From Novosphingobium sp. (GTDB lineage Bacteria > Pseudomonadota > Alphaproteobacteria > Sphingomonadales > Sphingomonadaceae): DNA of 64,000 nucleotides. Shown here piece after piece: positions 16,601-24,724 of the stretch (the first letter of the stretch is position 1; each line of letters starts with the position of its first letter). Below the pieces are notes generated by a model. It did no database searches, was not told where the DNA came from, and worked only from the letters and a program-made list of their open reading frames with translations. Location of the stretch: NCBI RefSeq assembly GCF_031417815.1, contig NZ_JANOWI010000035.1, forward strand, positions 10,447 through 74,446. The letters are read 5' to 3'. Position numbers and translations under genes: made by a program.

Positions 16601-18727
16601 AAGACCGAGTTCGAAGCGGGCGGCGTGCACCTGCAGGGCTTTGCCGCCAAGGTTTCCAGCACGCATCGCCGTGACGAATACCAGGGCGGCGGGATCTCGG
16701 GCCCCTACCGCCTGTCGAGCCGCGCGATCGTGCCGGGCAGCGAAGTGGTGGCGATCGAAGTGCGCGACCGGTTCCGCAGTGAAGTGATCGTCTCGCGCCG
16801 CACGCTGGTGCGCTATGTCGATTACGATGTGGATCTGCTTTCTGGCACGATCACCTTCAAGGAACCGATCCTCAGCCGCGACGACCAGCTCAACCCGCAG
16901 TTCATCGTGATGGACTACGAAGTTGATGGAGGCGCGGGCGGCGGTGAATGGAATGGCGGGCTGCGCGCCGATGCTACTTTCGCCGATGGCGCGGTACGTC
17001 TGGGCGCCACCGCGATCACCGACACCAGCGCCAATGGCGGTGCCCGCACCGATCTGGTCGCGGTCGATCTGCGCGCCAAACTTGACCGGAACACCGAACT
17101 GCGCGCCGAAGCCGCACGCAGCTACAACGATGGCCGCCACGCCGATGCCTGGCTGGTCGAACTGGAGCACCATTCAGGCAAGGTCGATGTACTCGCCTAT
17201 GTCCGCCAGGCTGCAGACGATTTTGGGCTTGGGCAAAGCAGCGGAGCCGAACTTGGCCGCCGCAAGGTCGGCGTCGACGCCCGCTATCGCATTACCCCGG
17301 ACCTGTCGGTCGCAACCAGCGGCTGGGTTGATGACAGCCTGACCGACGGTTCGCGCCGCATAGCGGTGCAGACCGGGCTCACCTGGCACACCCAGGACGC
17401 CGACGCGCGGGTCGGCGTCACACACTTCGACGATACGCTGGCCGACGGCACCAAGACCAACGCAACGGCGCTCGATGCCTCGGTTGCTCGCCGCTTTTTC
17501 GACAACAAGCTTGAGCTAAGTGTAGCCACCAGTTTTGCCATCGGCGGCTCTGGTTCAATTGACTTGCCCGAACGCCATCGTTTTTCGGCGCGCTATGCCG
17601 TGACGTCCGACATCAAGGTCGTCGGCACCTATGAGATCGCGTTCGGCGACAATATCGATGCGCGCACCGGCCGGATCGGCATCGAAGCCACACCGTGGAC
17701 CGGCGGCCGGTTGACCACCGCAGTGGGCCAGCAGCAGATCGGCGAGCTAGGCAAACGCAGCTTCGCCAATTTCGGGCTGACCCAGTCGATCGCGGTGACC
17801 AAGAACCTCACGCTCGATGCCACGCTCGATTCGAGCAAGACCATCGGCGGGTTCGATCCGGCGCGCCTGATCAATCCCGATCACCCCGCATCAAGCGGCG
17901 GAACGATCGGTGAAAACGGAACTATCGCCGAAGACTACACCGCGATCACGCTGGGCGGTTCGTGGCGTCAGGAACTGTGGAACGCCACTGTGCGCGGCGA
18001 ATGGCGCGAAGGCGATCTGGCCACCCGCAAGGGCGCGACCTTTGGTGTGATCCGCCAGCTGGGCGATGGCCAGATGGTCGGCGGCGGCTTCACCTGGACC
18101 CGCGCCGATGCCGCGGCCGGACTTATGAGCCAGGTCATGGAAGGCTCGCTTGCCTTGGCCAGCCGCCCAGCCGAGAGCGATTTCGCGTTCCTGGGCAAGT
18201 TGCAGTTCCGCTCGGACATCGTCCACGGCGCTGTCGCCGGTGAGGCTGGCCCGGCCGGGCGCGGCGCGCTGCTGGTTGATGGCGATGCCCGTTCCGACCG
18301 GATCGTGTTCAGCCTTTCGGGCGATTGGACGCCGCGCCGCCGGGTTGATGGCGAATGGGTGCAGCGCGACAATCTGGGCTTCTTCATCGCTGCGCGGCAC
18401 AATTTCGATGCTTTCCAGCAATACGATATCGCCGGCACCACTGTGCTGGGCGGGCTCGACGCGCGTTTGGGGCTGGGCGATCACCTCGAACTGGGCGGTA
18501 CCGGCACGGTCCGTTACAGCCTGACCGACAAGACCGCGATCTTCTCCTATGGTCCGCAGATCGGCCTTTCGCCAACCAAAGACGTGCTGCTGCTGGTCGG
18601 CTACAACGTTACCGGGTTCCGCGATCCCGATTTCTCGGGCGCGCGCCAGACCGACGAAGGCGTCTATGCCACGATCAAGATCAAGTTTGATGCCGAGAGC
18701 TTCGGCTTCCTCGGGCTGGGCCAATAA
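13616..18727 (+). CDS. 1703-aa outer-membrane protein: N-terminal Ig/SdrD-B-like and complete DUF11 domains, C-terminal predicted beta-barrel (putative anchor/export platform)
   Basis: Signal peptide ending FAQA; mature N-terminus QTITNTAAAQW..RSNMVSITL; DPYGMVFDSEDGQPVSGARVTL; VTKTAS..PGDVVFYTVTIRN..AGTALNKATAT; ITDADGRYHFEGVVPG; C-terminal half rich in amphipathic beta-strands ending in aromatic residues. Confidence 0.8.
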   Translation: MGVFRQIGVLIAALAALLLCVPFAQAQTITNTAAAQWSEGGQNFTTRSNMVSITLAQSQTLLTTYKPLTGGQNYGYTAASCGGSTVIVPGATATGTSIASLTQTSTIRVGEALFFSLSAPSANLDPAAVDTLVATITTQSGDREVLTIRETAINSGMFMGAIPTRAIPPQPVQGDCRLSLRQGEDITVAVAATASGSAIATAQVDVLADPYGMVFDSEDGQPVSGARVTLVDALTGAPARVFADDGVTPWPSTVISGQPITDGAGNVYPMAPGEYRFPLVGLGRYRLVVEPAAPYTAPSAKTPAQLAALLRPDGNTFEIVDASFGGTLQLAGATAVRVDIPLDHPPLGVTVTKTASRAVALPGDVVFYTVTIRNPDTISAKRTVTLADNPSPTLRLRPDSVRVDGVANPGAVQASPDGRTLTLQLGDIAAGDSRTVNYAMTIRPDAPAGTALNKATATDAAGRSATAGATVRIERQDIAARVTIIGRITDGGCAADGRHNPVQGVRVVLEDGSFAITDADGRYHFEGVVPGTHVVQAQQSTLPQGGRFADCSRSTRSAGSASSRFVMARGGMLVAADFSANLSHEGSVTASKAAVKIAYDPIDGLPIANPVGAAPALAPRTIQDPASLEREQRLSAGAETDWFAKGDGPNAFLFPAPDHNPRAPAIRVVIRHRVGQTVDLTIDGKPVEKLSYEGARPAPGGGYAVSIWRGIPLPGEQTRLTAVVRDANGVEVSRLTRTVYYSASPARIEFVPAQSSLVADGKTRPVLALRILDHNGRPVHAGLSGEFSLSDPYESADALDAMQQRQLVGAGRQAPRWLVKGDDGMAYVELAPTMVSGKLKMEFNFSDGQQRRRQELETWIAPGDQPWTVVGLIEGTVGKQTVASQMERTGQFDSDLGDRARTAFYVKGPVGEGFLVTGSYDSAKQRDDAVLLGTIDPRSYYTVFADGSDRRFDAASRDKFYVRVENRGFYALYGDATSGFDQTQLGRYQRTATGFKTEFEAGGVHLQGFAAKVSSTHRRDEYQGGGISGPYRLSSRAIVPGSEVVAIEVRDRFRSEVIVSRRTLVRYVDYDVDLLSGTITFKEPILSRDDQLNPQFIVMDYEVDGGAGGGEWNGGLRADATFADGAVRLGATAITDTSANGGARTDLVAVDLRAKLDRNTELRAEAARSYNDGRHADAWLVELEHHSGKVDVLAYVRQAADDFGLGQSSGAELGRRKVGVDARYRITPDLSVATSGWVDDSLTDGSRRIAVQTGLTWHTQDADARVGVTHFDDTLADGTKTNATALDASVARRFFDNKLELSVATSFAIGGSGSIDLPERHRFSARYAVTSDIKVVGTYEIAFGDNIDARTGRIGIEATPWTGGRLTTAVGQQQIGELGKRSFANFGLTQSIAVTKNLTLDATLDSSKTIGGFDPARLINPDHPASSGGTIGENGTIAEDYTAITLGGSWRQELWNATVRGEWREGDLATRKGATFGVIRQLGDGQMVGGGFTWTRADAAAGLMSQVMEGSLALASRPAESDFAFLGKLQFRSDIVHGAVAGEAGPAGRGALLVDGDARSDRIVFSLSGDWTPRRRVDGEWVQRDNLGFFIAARHNFDAFQQYDIAGTTVLGGLDARLGLGDHLELGGTGTVRYSLTDKTAIFSYGPQIGLSPTKDVLLLVGYNVTGFRDPDFSGARQTDEGVYATIKIKFDAESFGFLGLGQ

Positions 18728-18787
18728 GGACTGGCGCGGACGCGAAGTCTGGGCTTTACTCCCGCAAAACAGAGGGAGTGGAGCACA

Positions 18788-19315
18788 ATGTCAGACAATA
18801 CCGCCGCACCAGCGGCCGAAGTGCCCGGTAAAGTCGCCGGGCTCGCTATTACCGCAATCGTCCTGGTCGTAATCGTCGCCTGGATTGCGCTGTGGATCGG
18901 CGCGCTGAAGTTCACCGATACCACGCTGGTCGGCGGGTTCATGCTGCTGTGGTACTGGGCCAACAACGAAGCGATGGAAATCAAGCGCCTGCCCGCTGCG
19001 ATTATCGGTGCGCTGGTCGGTGTGTTTCTGGCCTGGTTCGTCGTCTACGCCACAATGACCTGGGGCACGAACGGCACGATTGCCGGCGTGTTGCTGATGG
19101 TCATCGCGCTCTATGTCGATGTGATCAAGGCGGTGCCGCTGGCGGTGAATACCTCGACCATGCTGTTCCTCACGCTCGCCGCAGCACCGCTGATCCAGCT
19201 CAAGGTGAACTGGACCGAGCTAGCCTTGAGCATCGTGATCGGTGGCATTTTCTTCGCGGTGCTGATCGAAGGCATCAAGCGGCTGGCAGCAAAGGCTGGC
19301 GGGGCGGCGGCCTGA
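18788..19315 (+). CDS. Multi-pass inner-membrane protein (DUF1097-like, tentative)
   Basis: 175 aa, about five to six hydrophobic segments, GGFMLLWYW motif; family assignment from recall only. Confidence 0.6.
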   Translation: MSDNTAAPAAEVPGKVAGLAITAIVLVVIVAWIALWIGALKFTDTTLVGGFMLLWYWANNEAMEIKRLPAAIIGALVGVFLAWFVVYATMTWGTNGTIAGVLLMVIALYVDVIKAVPLAVNTSTMLFLTLAAAPLIQLKVNWTELALSIVIGGIFFAVLIEGIKRLAAKAGGAAA

Positions 19316-19331
19316 ACGGGGAGGAACTGCA

Positions 19332-19724
19332 ATGCGCATTATCAAAATTCTGGCCGCTGCGGCGGTCTTGCAGCTTTGTCTGGCCCAGCCCGCACTGGCC
19401 GATGAACCCAACTGGGTCCGCGTCACCAACAGCGACAATGGCGAGAGCGAACACTGGATCGACAGCACCTCGCTCAAGCGTAAGGGCGATCTGGTCAGCT
19501 ACCGCGAACGCGCCGAAATCAACGATAGTGATACCGACTGGGCAAGCGTGATCGCCTTTTCGCAGATCAACTGCAAAACTAGCATGGTCCACCCGGTACA
19601 ACTGAACATCACCTACACCAACGGCAAGTCTGAGACGGTCGACAATCCCGATCCCGAAGACTGGAACGCAATCGAGCCGGATTCGGTCGGATCGGACATC
19701 CGCGACTACGTCTGCAAGAGCTGA
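19332..19724 (+). CDS. Small secreted protein resembling the surface-adhesin E family
   Basis: RBS GGAGG, signal peptide (AQPALA-D), W..V..S....HWIDSTSLKRKGDLV..INCKT..DYVCK with a Cys pair. Confidence 0.6.
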   Translation: MRIIKILAAAAVLQLCLAQPALADEPNWVRVTNSDNGESEHWIDSTSLKRKGDLVSYRERAEINDSDTDWASVIAFSQINCKTSMVHPVQLNITYTNGKSETVDNPDPEDWNAIEPDSVGSDIRDYVCKS

Positions 19725-19736
19725 ACCGCCGGCAAT

Positions 19737-19826
19737 TGGCGGACAGGGTGGGATTCGAACCCACGGTGAGCTTTCACCCACGGCGGTTTTCAAGACCGCT
19801 GCCTTAAACCACTCGGCCACCTGTCC
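19737..19826 (-). tRNA. tRNA-Ser (anticodon TGA)
   Basis: Reverse complement GGACAGGTGGCCGAGTGGTTTAAGGCAGCGGTCTTGAAAACCGCCGTGGGTGAAAGCTCACCGTGGGTTCGAATCCCACCCTGTCCGCCA: anticodon loop CTTGAAA, long variable arm, T-loop GTTCGAATC, encoded CCA. Confidence 0.97.
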
Positions 19827-19900
19827 TTGCCAGCGCCGCTAGCCGGTTTGATTGCATGCGGCAATTCCCGAATCGCACAGCCTGTGCGACAAGCGACGTC

Positions 19901-20965
19901 ATGAGCCTGCTGCGGACCATCCGACTTGCCACGCCCCTGGGCATCGCCGCCGCGCTGTTTTCTGCGCCGCAGGGCGGGGCACAGGTGGCCGCGCCCGTCG
20001 TTCAGACGCTGCCGGCGGGGCAGGGGCTGGATTTTTCGGGCTATCTCCAACTGGTCGAGGCCAAGGCCCGGGCGCAAGGGGTCAGCCAGCCGACGATCGA
20101 GCTGATGACGGCGGGGCTGACCTATAATCCCCGCGTGGTGCAGCTTGATCGCGCGCAGCCTGGCAGCAATCCCGGGTCGCCGCCGGCCTTCTGGGCCTAT
20201 TACCGCAGCCACGTCGATGCCGCGCGGATCAATGGCGGACGCAGTGCCATGGCGGCCAATCGCGCGGTCCTGCCGCGGATCGAGGCGCAATACGGCGTAC
20301 CCGCCAAGATGCTGTTCGCGATCTGGGGGAAGGAATCGTTCTATGGCCGCGTCAAAGGCGATTTCGATCTGGCCCGCTCATTGGCCACGCTCGCTTATGA
20401 AGGGCGCAGGCGCGAACTGTTCGAGGGCGAGCTCATCGCGCTGATGCAGATGGCACAGCGCGGCGTTCCGCGCGCCAAGATGGTGGGCAGCTGGGCCGGG
20501 GCGTTTGGCAACCCGCAATTCCTCCCCAGCATCTATCTGCGCATTGCCCGCGACGGTGATGGCGATGGCTTCGCCGATATCTGGAGCAGCAGCAGCGATA
20601 CCTTGGCATCGATCGCCTACTACTTTCAAGATGCCGGATGGCGGGCGGGCGAACCGTGGGGGGTGCGCGTCAGTGCCCCGGCCGGGCTCGATCGCAGCCA
20701 GTTTACCGAACGACTGGAATCACCAAGCTGTCCGCGCGTCCACGCCCGCCATTCGGTGTGGAAGACGGTTGGCGAATGGAAAACGCTTGGCGTCACCCCG
20801 CGTGCGCCGATCGCCGACAGCACCATGGCGGTGCTGTTTGAACCCGACGGCCCGGAAAATGGTTCCTTCCTGTTAACCGGGAATTATCGGGTGATCCTGC
20901 AATATAACTGCTCGAACTACTACGCACTGTCCGTGGGGTTGCTTGCAGATGAGATTGCCCGTTAA
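19901..20965 (+). CDS. Lytic murein transglycosylase (MltB/Slt35-like)
   Basis: AIWGKESFYG, LATLAYEGRRRELF, GSWAGAFGNPQFLPS, DGDGDG EF-hand-like loop, YNCSNYYAL. Confidence 0.9.
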   Translation: MSLLRTIRLATPLGIAAALFSAPQGGAQVAAPVVQTLPAGQGLDFSGYLQLVEAKARAQGVSQPTIELMTAGLTYNPRVVQLDRAQPGSNPGSPPAFWAYYRSHVDAARINGGRSAMAANRAVLPRIEAQYGVPAKMLFAIWGKESFYGRVKGDFDLARSLATLAYEGRRRELFEGELIALMQMAQRGVPRAKMVGSWAGAFGNPQFLPSIYLRIARDGDGDGFADIWSSSSDTLASIAYYFQDAGWRAGEPWGVRVSAPAGLDRSQFTERLESPSCPRVHARHSVWKTVGEWKTLGVTPRAPIADSTMAVLFEPDGPENGSFLLTGNYRVILQYNCSNYYALSVGLLADEIAR

Positions 20966-21905
20966 CAGCCGCCTGCCGCTTGCGGCACTGTTCCTGCTTG
21001 CCGGCTGCGGGGGCGGCGCGCCGTTTCAGGACACGTCGCTTGCGGGCCAGTCGCCCTATGGACCGGCGGGGGATTATCCAGTGGTGGTCGGCCCGGCCTA
21101 TTCGGTCGGCGGCGTTACCTACAGCCCCAGTGATACGATGAATTATGATGTGGTCGGCCGCGCCATTGTCGGCAGCGTCGGCGCCGGGGTAACCGCAGCG
21201 CACCACACCCTGCCGCTGCCAAGCTATGTTGAACTGACCGCGCTTGATACCGGAAAGACCATTCTGGTGCGCGTCGAACGGCGCGGGCCGATGAACGCCA
21301 ACAATGTGATCGAACTTTCGCCAGGTGCGGCAGCCCAGCTTGGCATTGCGGGTCAGCCGCGCGCGCCGGTGCGTGTGCGCCGCGTCAATCCGATTGAACC
21401 GGAACGTGCCGTGCTGCGCATGGGCGAGGCTGCACCCGCCCGGATGGATACGCCCAAATCGCTGCTGACTGTGCTGCAGCGCAAGCTCGATAGCCAGGAA
21501 GGCGTTGTGCGTCCGGTGGTTGAACCGGCACCTCCGCCTGCGCCGACTCCGGCTGCAACCGTTGCGCCGAAACCGAAACCGGCTCAAAGCCCGGCACCCA
21601 AACCTTCACCCAAGCCTTCGCCGAAGCCGGCCCCGACGCCAACCCCGGTTGCCGCGCCGAAGCCTGCGCCAACGCCCGCGCCTGCCATTGCGCCGCGCGG
21701 CCGCTACTATATCCAGGTCGGGACGTTCTCAAACCAGGTCAATGCCAAAGCCGCGGCGGCGAAGACCGGCGGCACGGTGGTGCAATCGGGCAAGTTCTGG
21801 CGCGTGCGGATGGGGCCTTATGCCAACGATGCCCTGGCCAAGGCCGCCTTGGCGAAAGCCCGCGCGGCAGGCTATAGCGACGCCCGAATCCAAAGCGCGA
21901 ACTAG
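20949..21905 (+). CDS. rlpA: Septal ring lytic transglycosylase RlpA-family lipoprotein with SPOR domain
   Basis: Lipobox LLAGC; TAAHHTLPLPSYVELT..RVERRGP; Pro/Lys linker; SPOR YYIQVGTFS..WRVRMGPY. Confidence 0.85.
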   Translation: MRLPVNSRLPLAALFLLAGCGGGAPFQDTSLAGQSPYGPAGDYPVVVGPAYSVGGVTYSPSDTMNYDVVGRAIVGSVGAGVTAAHHTLPLPSYVELTALDTGKTILVRVERRGPMNANNVIELSPGAAAQLGIAGQPRAPVRVRRVNPIEPERAVLRMGEAAPARMDTPKSLLTVLQRKLDSQEGVVRPVVEPAPPPAPTPAATVAPKPKPAQSPAPKPSPKPSPKPAPTPTPVAAPKPAPTPAPAIAPRGRYYIQVGTFSNQVNAKAAAAKTGGTVVQSGKFWRVRMGPYANDALAKAALAKARAAGYSDARIQSAN

Positions 21906-21944
21906 GCGGCTCGCCTCGCTCGTGCCAGCGGCGCGGGGGCAGGC

Positions 21945-23117
21945 GTGAATACCAGATTATTGGCGACGTTGTGCCTGCTGGCCCTGCCCGGGCTGGCACC
22001 GGCCATGACGGTGCAGATACCCGATCCTCCGCGGTGGACGAACCTGCCGCTTCAGACGCAGGCACCAATCGCGCTTCTGGCCGACCTTGGCGCCGGACAG
22101 ATCCTGTTTGCGCGCGATGCCGACAAGCGCCTGCTTCCCGCCTCAATGACCAAGGCGATGACCGCGCTGGTGGCATTCGATTTGATCGAGAACGGCAAGC
22201 TTGACGAAGCGGCGGTGGTTACTATTCGCCCCGAAACCGCGAACCGCTGGGCGGGCAAGGGCGCCACGCTCAACCTGCGGCCTGGCGAACAAGTCCGCAT
22301 CGGCGACCTCTTGATGGGCACCACCACCGTTTCGGCCAACGACGCAGCGGTCGCGCTGGCTGAGGCCGCCAGCGGCTCGGTCGATGGCTTTGTGGCGCAG
22401 ATGAATGCGCGGGCGCTGGTGCTGGGCATGAAGGGCAGCCATTTCGCCAATCCCAACGGCATGCCAGATGGCGGCGCGACCTATGTTACCGCCAACGACT
22501 TGGTGCGGCTGGCCACCGCGCTGATCAAGGATCACCCGGCGCTCTACGCCCGATACTTCGGCAAGAAGACGATGGTGTGGCACGGTGCGCGGATGATAAG
22601 CCACGATCCCTTCGCCGGGGTGCTTCCGGGGGCTGACGGGATCAAGTCCGGCCACACCCGGGAAGCAGGGTTCAATTTCCTCGGCGCGGTTGCGCGTGAT
22701 GGCCGCCGGTTGGTCGTGGTGATCGGCGGCGCACCGTCCGAACCGGCCCGCGCCGCCGCTGCCATGGCGCTGGCCGAATGGGGCTATTCCGCATGGCGTT
22801 CAGCGGCTTTCCTCCCCGCTGGGACTGTGGTCGGTGCGGCCCGGGTGCAGGGCGGCAACCAGCGGACGGTGCCGCTGGTCGTTCCGCACGCCTACGCGCT
22901 GGCTCTGCCGCGCGGGCAACAGCCCAGCGTAACCGGGCGGGTCATTTACACCGGCCCGTTATCGGCGCCGTTCGAAGGCGGCAGACAGGTCGGCCGGTTA
23001 GAGATTAGCGTGCCCGGGCAGCCAGTCCATAGCCTGCCGCTCGTCGCGGGCAACGCGGTCAGTCCGGCGGGGCCAATCGACAGGATCGTCAATGCCCTGC
23101 TAGGGCTGTTCGCATGA
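21945..23117 (+). CDS. dacA: D-alanyl-D-alanine carboxypeptidase (PBP5/6)
   Basis: PASMTK (SxxK), SAN (SxN), GIKSGHT (KxG), C-terminal PBP5 domain. Confidence 0.88.
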   Translation: MNTRLLATLCLLALPGLAPAMTVQIPDPPRWTNLPLQTQAPIALLADLGAGQILFARDADKRLLPASMTKAMTALVAFDLIENGKLDEAAVVTIRPETANRWAGKGATLNLRPGEQVRIGDLLMGTTTVSANDAAVALAEAASGSVDGFVAQMNARALVLGMKGSHFANPNGMPDGGATYVTANDLVRLATALIKDHPALYARYFGKKTMVWHGARMISHDPFAGVLPGADGIKSGHTREAGFNFLGAVARDGRRLVVVIGGAPSEPARAAAAMALAEWGYSAWRSAAFLPAGTVVGAARVQGGNQRTVPLVVPHAYALALPRGQQPSVTGRVIYTGPLSAPFEGGRQVGRLEISVPGQPVHSLPLVAGNAVSPAGPIDRIVNALLGLFA

Positions 23118-23740
23118 GCCAAGGAAAATTCATTGCCTTTGAAGGCGGGGAAGGGGCGGGCAAGAGCACGCAGGCGCGGCTGCTGGCCGATGCGCTGGCG
23201 GCGCGCGGGGTGCCTTGCGAAATCACCCGCGAACCTGGCGGCACGCCGGGCGCAGAGGCGATCCGTGTCTTGCTGCTTGGCACCGAGGGTGAAGGTTGGC
23301 ACCCGCGCGCCGAAGCGCTGCTGTTTGCGGCGGCGCGCTCGGACCATGTCGAACGGCGGATTGTCCCCGCGCTGCAGGCCGGGCGCTGGGTGATCTGCGA
23401 TCGCTTCGTCGATTCAAGCCGTGCTTATCAGGGCGGGGCAGGGGGTCTGTCCGATGCCGAAGTGATGGACCTGCACCGCATCGGCAGCCACGGCCTGTTG
23501 CCCGATCTGACCGTGCTGGTCGAAGTCTCGCCCCAGGTTGCCGCGCTGCGCGCCCGCGTGCGTGATGGCGATGCGCCCGACCGGATCGGCGGACGCGGTG
23601 CCGGCTATCATGCCAAAGTCGCCGCCGCCTTTGCCCGGCTTGCCGATGCGGATCCATCGCGCTTTGCACGGATCAATGGCGATGGAGCTGCCGAACAGGT
23701 CGCCGCCGCGGTGCTTGCCGTCATCGAGCCGCTGCTGTGA
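23114..23740 (+). CDS. tmk: Thymidylate kinase
   Basis: FIAFEGGEGAGKSTQ, TREPGGT, ICDRFVDSSRAYQG. Confidence 0.95.
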   Translation: MSQGKFIAFEGGEGAGKSTQARLLADALAARGVPCEITREPGGTPGAEAIRVLLLGTEGEGWHPRAEALLFAAARSDHVERRIVPALQAGRWVICDRFVDSSRAYQGGAGGLSDAEVMDLHRIGSHGLLPDLTVLVEVSPQVAALRARVRDGDAPDRIGGRGAGYHAKVAAAFARLADADPSRFARINGDGAAEQVAAAVLAVIEPLL

Positions 23741-24696
23741 CCGCGCTGCCCGGCCACGACGACGCCTGGCGTGAATGGCACGCGGCGATAGGATCGGCGC
23801 GCATGCACCATGCCTGGATGCTTGTCGGCCCCCGGGGGATCGGCAAGGGGGCTTTTGCCCGTCTGGCCGCCGCCCAGCTGGTGGCCGAACCCGGCGCAAG
23901 ACAGCCATCGGTCGAAATGCATCCCGATATCCTCATCCCCGAGCATCCGCCCGAAAACAAGGATGAGGCAAAAAAGCGCGAAGATGGGCAGGATTACCGC
24001 CGTAAGCGCTCTATTCCGATCGACGAAATCCGCACCGTCCAGCATCGTCTGACGACCCGGCCGACGCTCGGCAGCCGCCGCGTCGTGATCCTCGATCCGG
24101 CTGACGATCTTGAGAAGAACGCCGCCAATGCGCTGCTCAAAAGCCTCGAGGAACCGCCGGTCGGCACCTTCTTCCTGCTCGTCACGCACCGCCCCGGGCG
24201 GCTCTTGCCGACAATCCGGTCGCGCTGCCGCATGCTGCGCTTTGCCCCGCTGACCGATGCCGAGGTTGACCGCGTGCTGCGCGAAACCGCGCCGCAGGCC
24301 GATGCTGCTGCACGCGCGGCTGCGGTTGCCGCTGCCAAGGGTTCGCCCGGCGCGGCGCTCGAATTCGTCATGCAGGATCTTGGTGCGCTGCACGCATTGA
24401 TGCTGCAACTGGCGGCCGAAGGCGACGATCACTTTGCGCTGCGCGGTGCCTTGGCCGAAGAACTTGGCACCCGGCCCGATCGCGAGCGGCAGCAGGCCAC
24501 GATTGACCTGGCCTGTGCGGTGGTCTCCGCAGGGCTGGGGCAGGACCGCCGCCGCGATGCCCGCGCGATCGCCGCACATGGCGAACTGATCAAACTTTCG
24601 GGGCAATTGCCCACCTATAACTTCGATCCGGGGCTCGTGGCGATGGAAATAGGAGCCTTGCTGGCATCGCTCGCCATGCCTAGAGAGACGGCTTGA
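23737..24696 (+). CDS. holB: DNA polymerase III subunit delta'
   Basis: HHAWMLVGPRGIGK, HPD, AANALLKSLEEPP, LLPTIRSRC; conserved tmk-holB-metG order. Confidence 0.92.
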   Translation: MTALPGHDDAWREWHAAIGSARMHHAWMLVGPRGIGKGAFARLAAAQLVAEPGARQPSVEMHPDILIPEHPPENKDEAKKREDGQDYRRKRSIPIDEIRTVQHRLTTRPTLGSRRVVILDPADDLEKNAANALLKSLEEPPVGTFFLLVTHRPGRLLPTIRSRCRMLRFAPLTDAEVDRVLRETAPQADAAARAAAVAAAKGSPGAALEFVMQDLGALHALMLQLAAEGDDHFALRGALAEELGTRPDRERQQATIDLACAVVSAGLGQDRRRDARAIAAHGELIKLSGQLPTYNFDPGLVAMEIGALLASLAMPRETA

Positions 24697-24724
24697 TCCC
24701 GCTTTGGAAAGACCAGAAACGGCC

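Noticed and set aside
19275-19820. ORF-track protein MAEWFKAAVLKTAVGESSPWVRIPP...
   Set aside because: It is a translation of the tRNA-Ser gene and the antisense of 19332-19724.
8718-19826. Idea that the fibre cluster is an island integrated at the tRNA-Ser 3' end
   Set aside because: No integrase, no duplicated tRNA 3' end seen near 8718-8790, and the cluster's codon usage looks like the host's.
21530-21690. Short quasi-repeats (PKPS/PAPT) in rlpA
   Set aside because: Ordinary Pro-rich linker before the SPOR domain; not a DNA repeat array or CRISPR.
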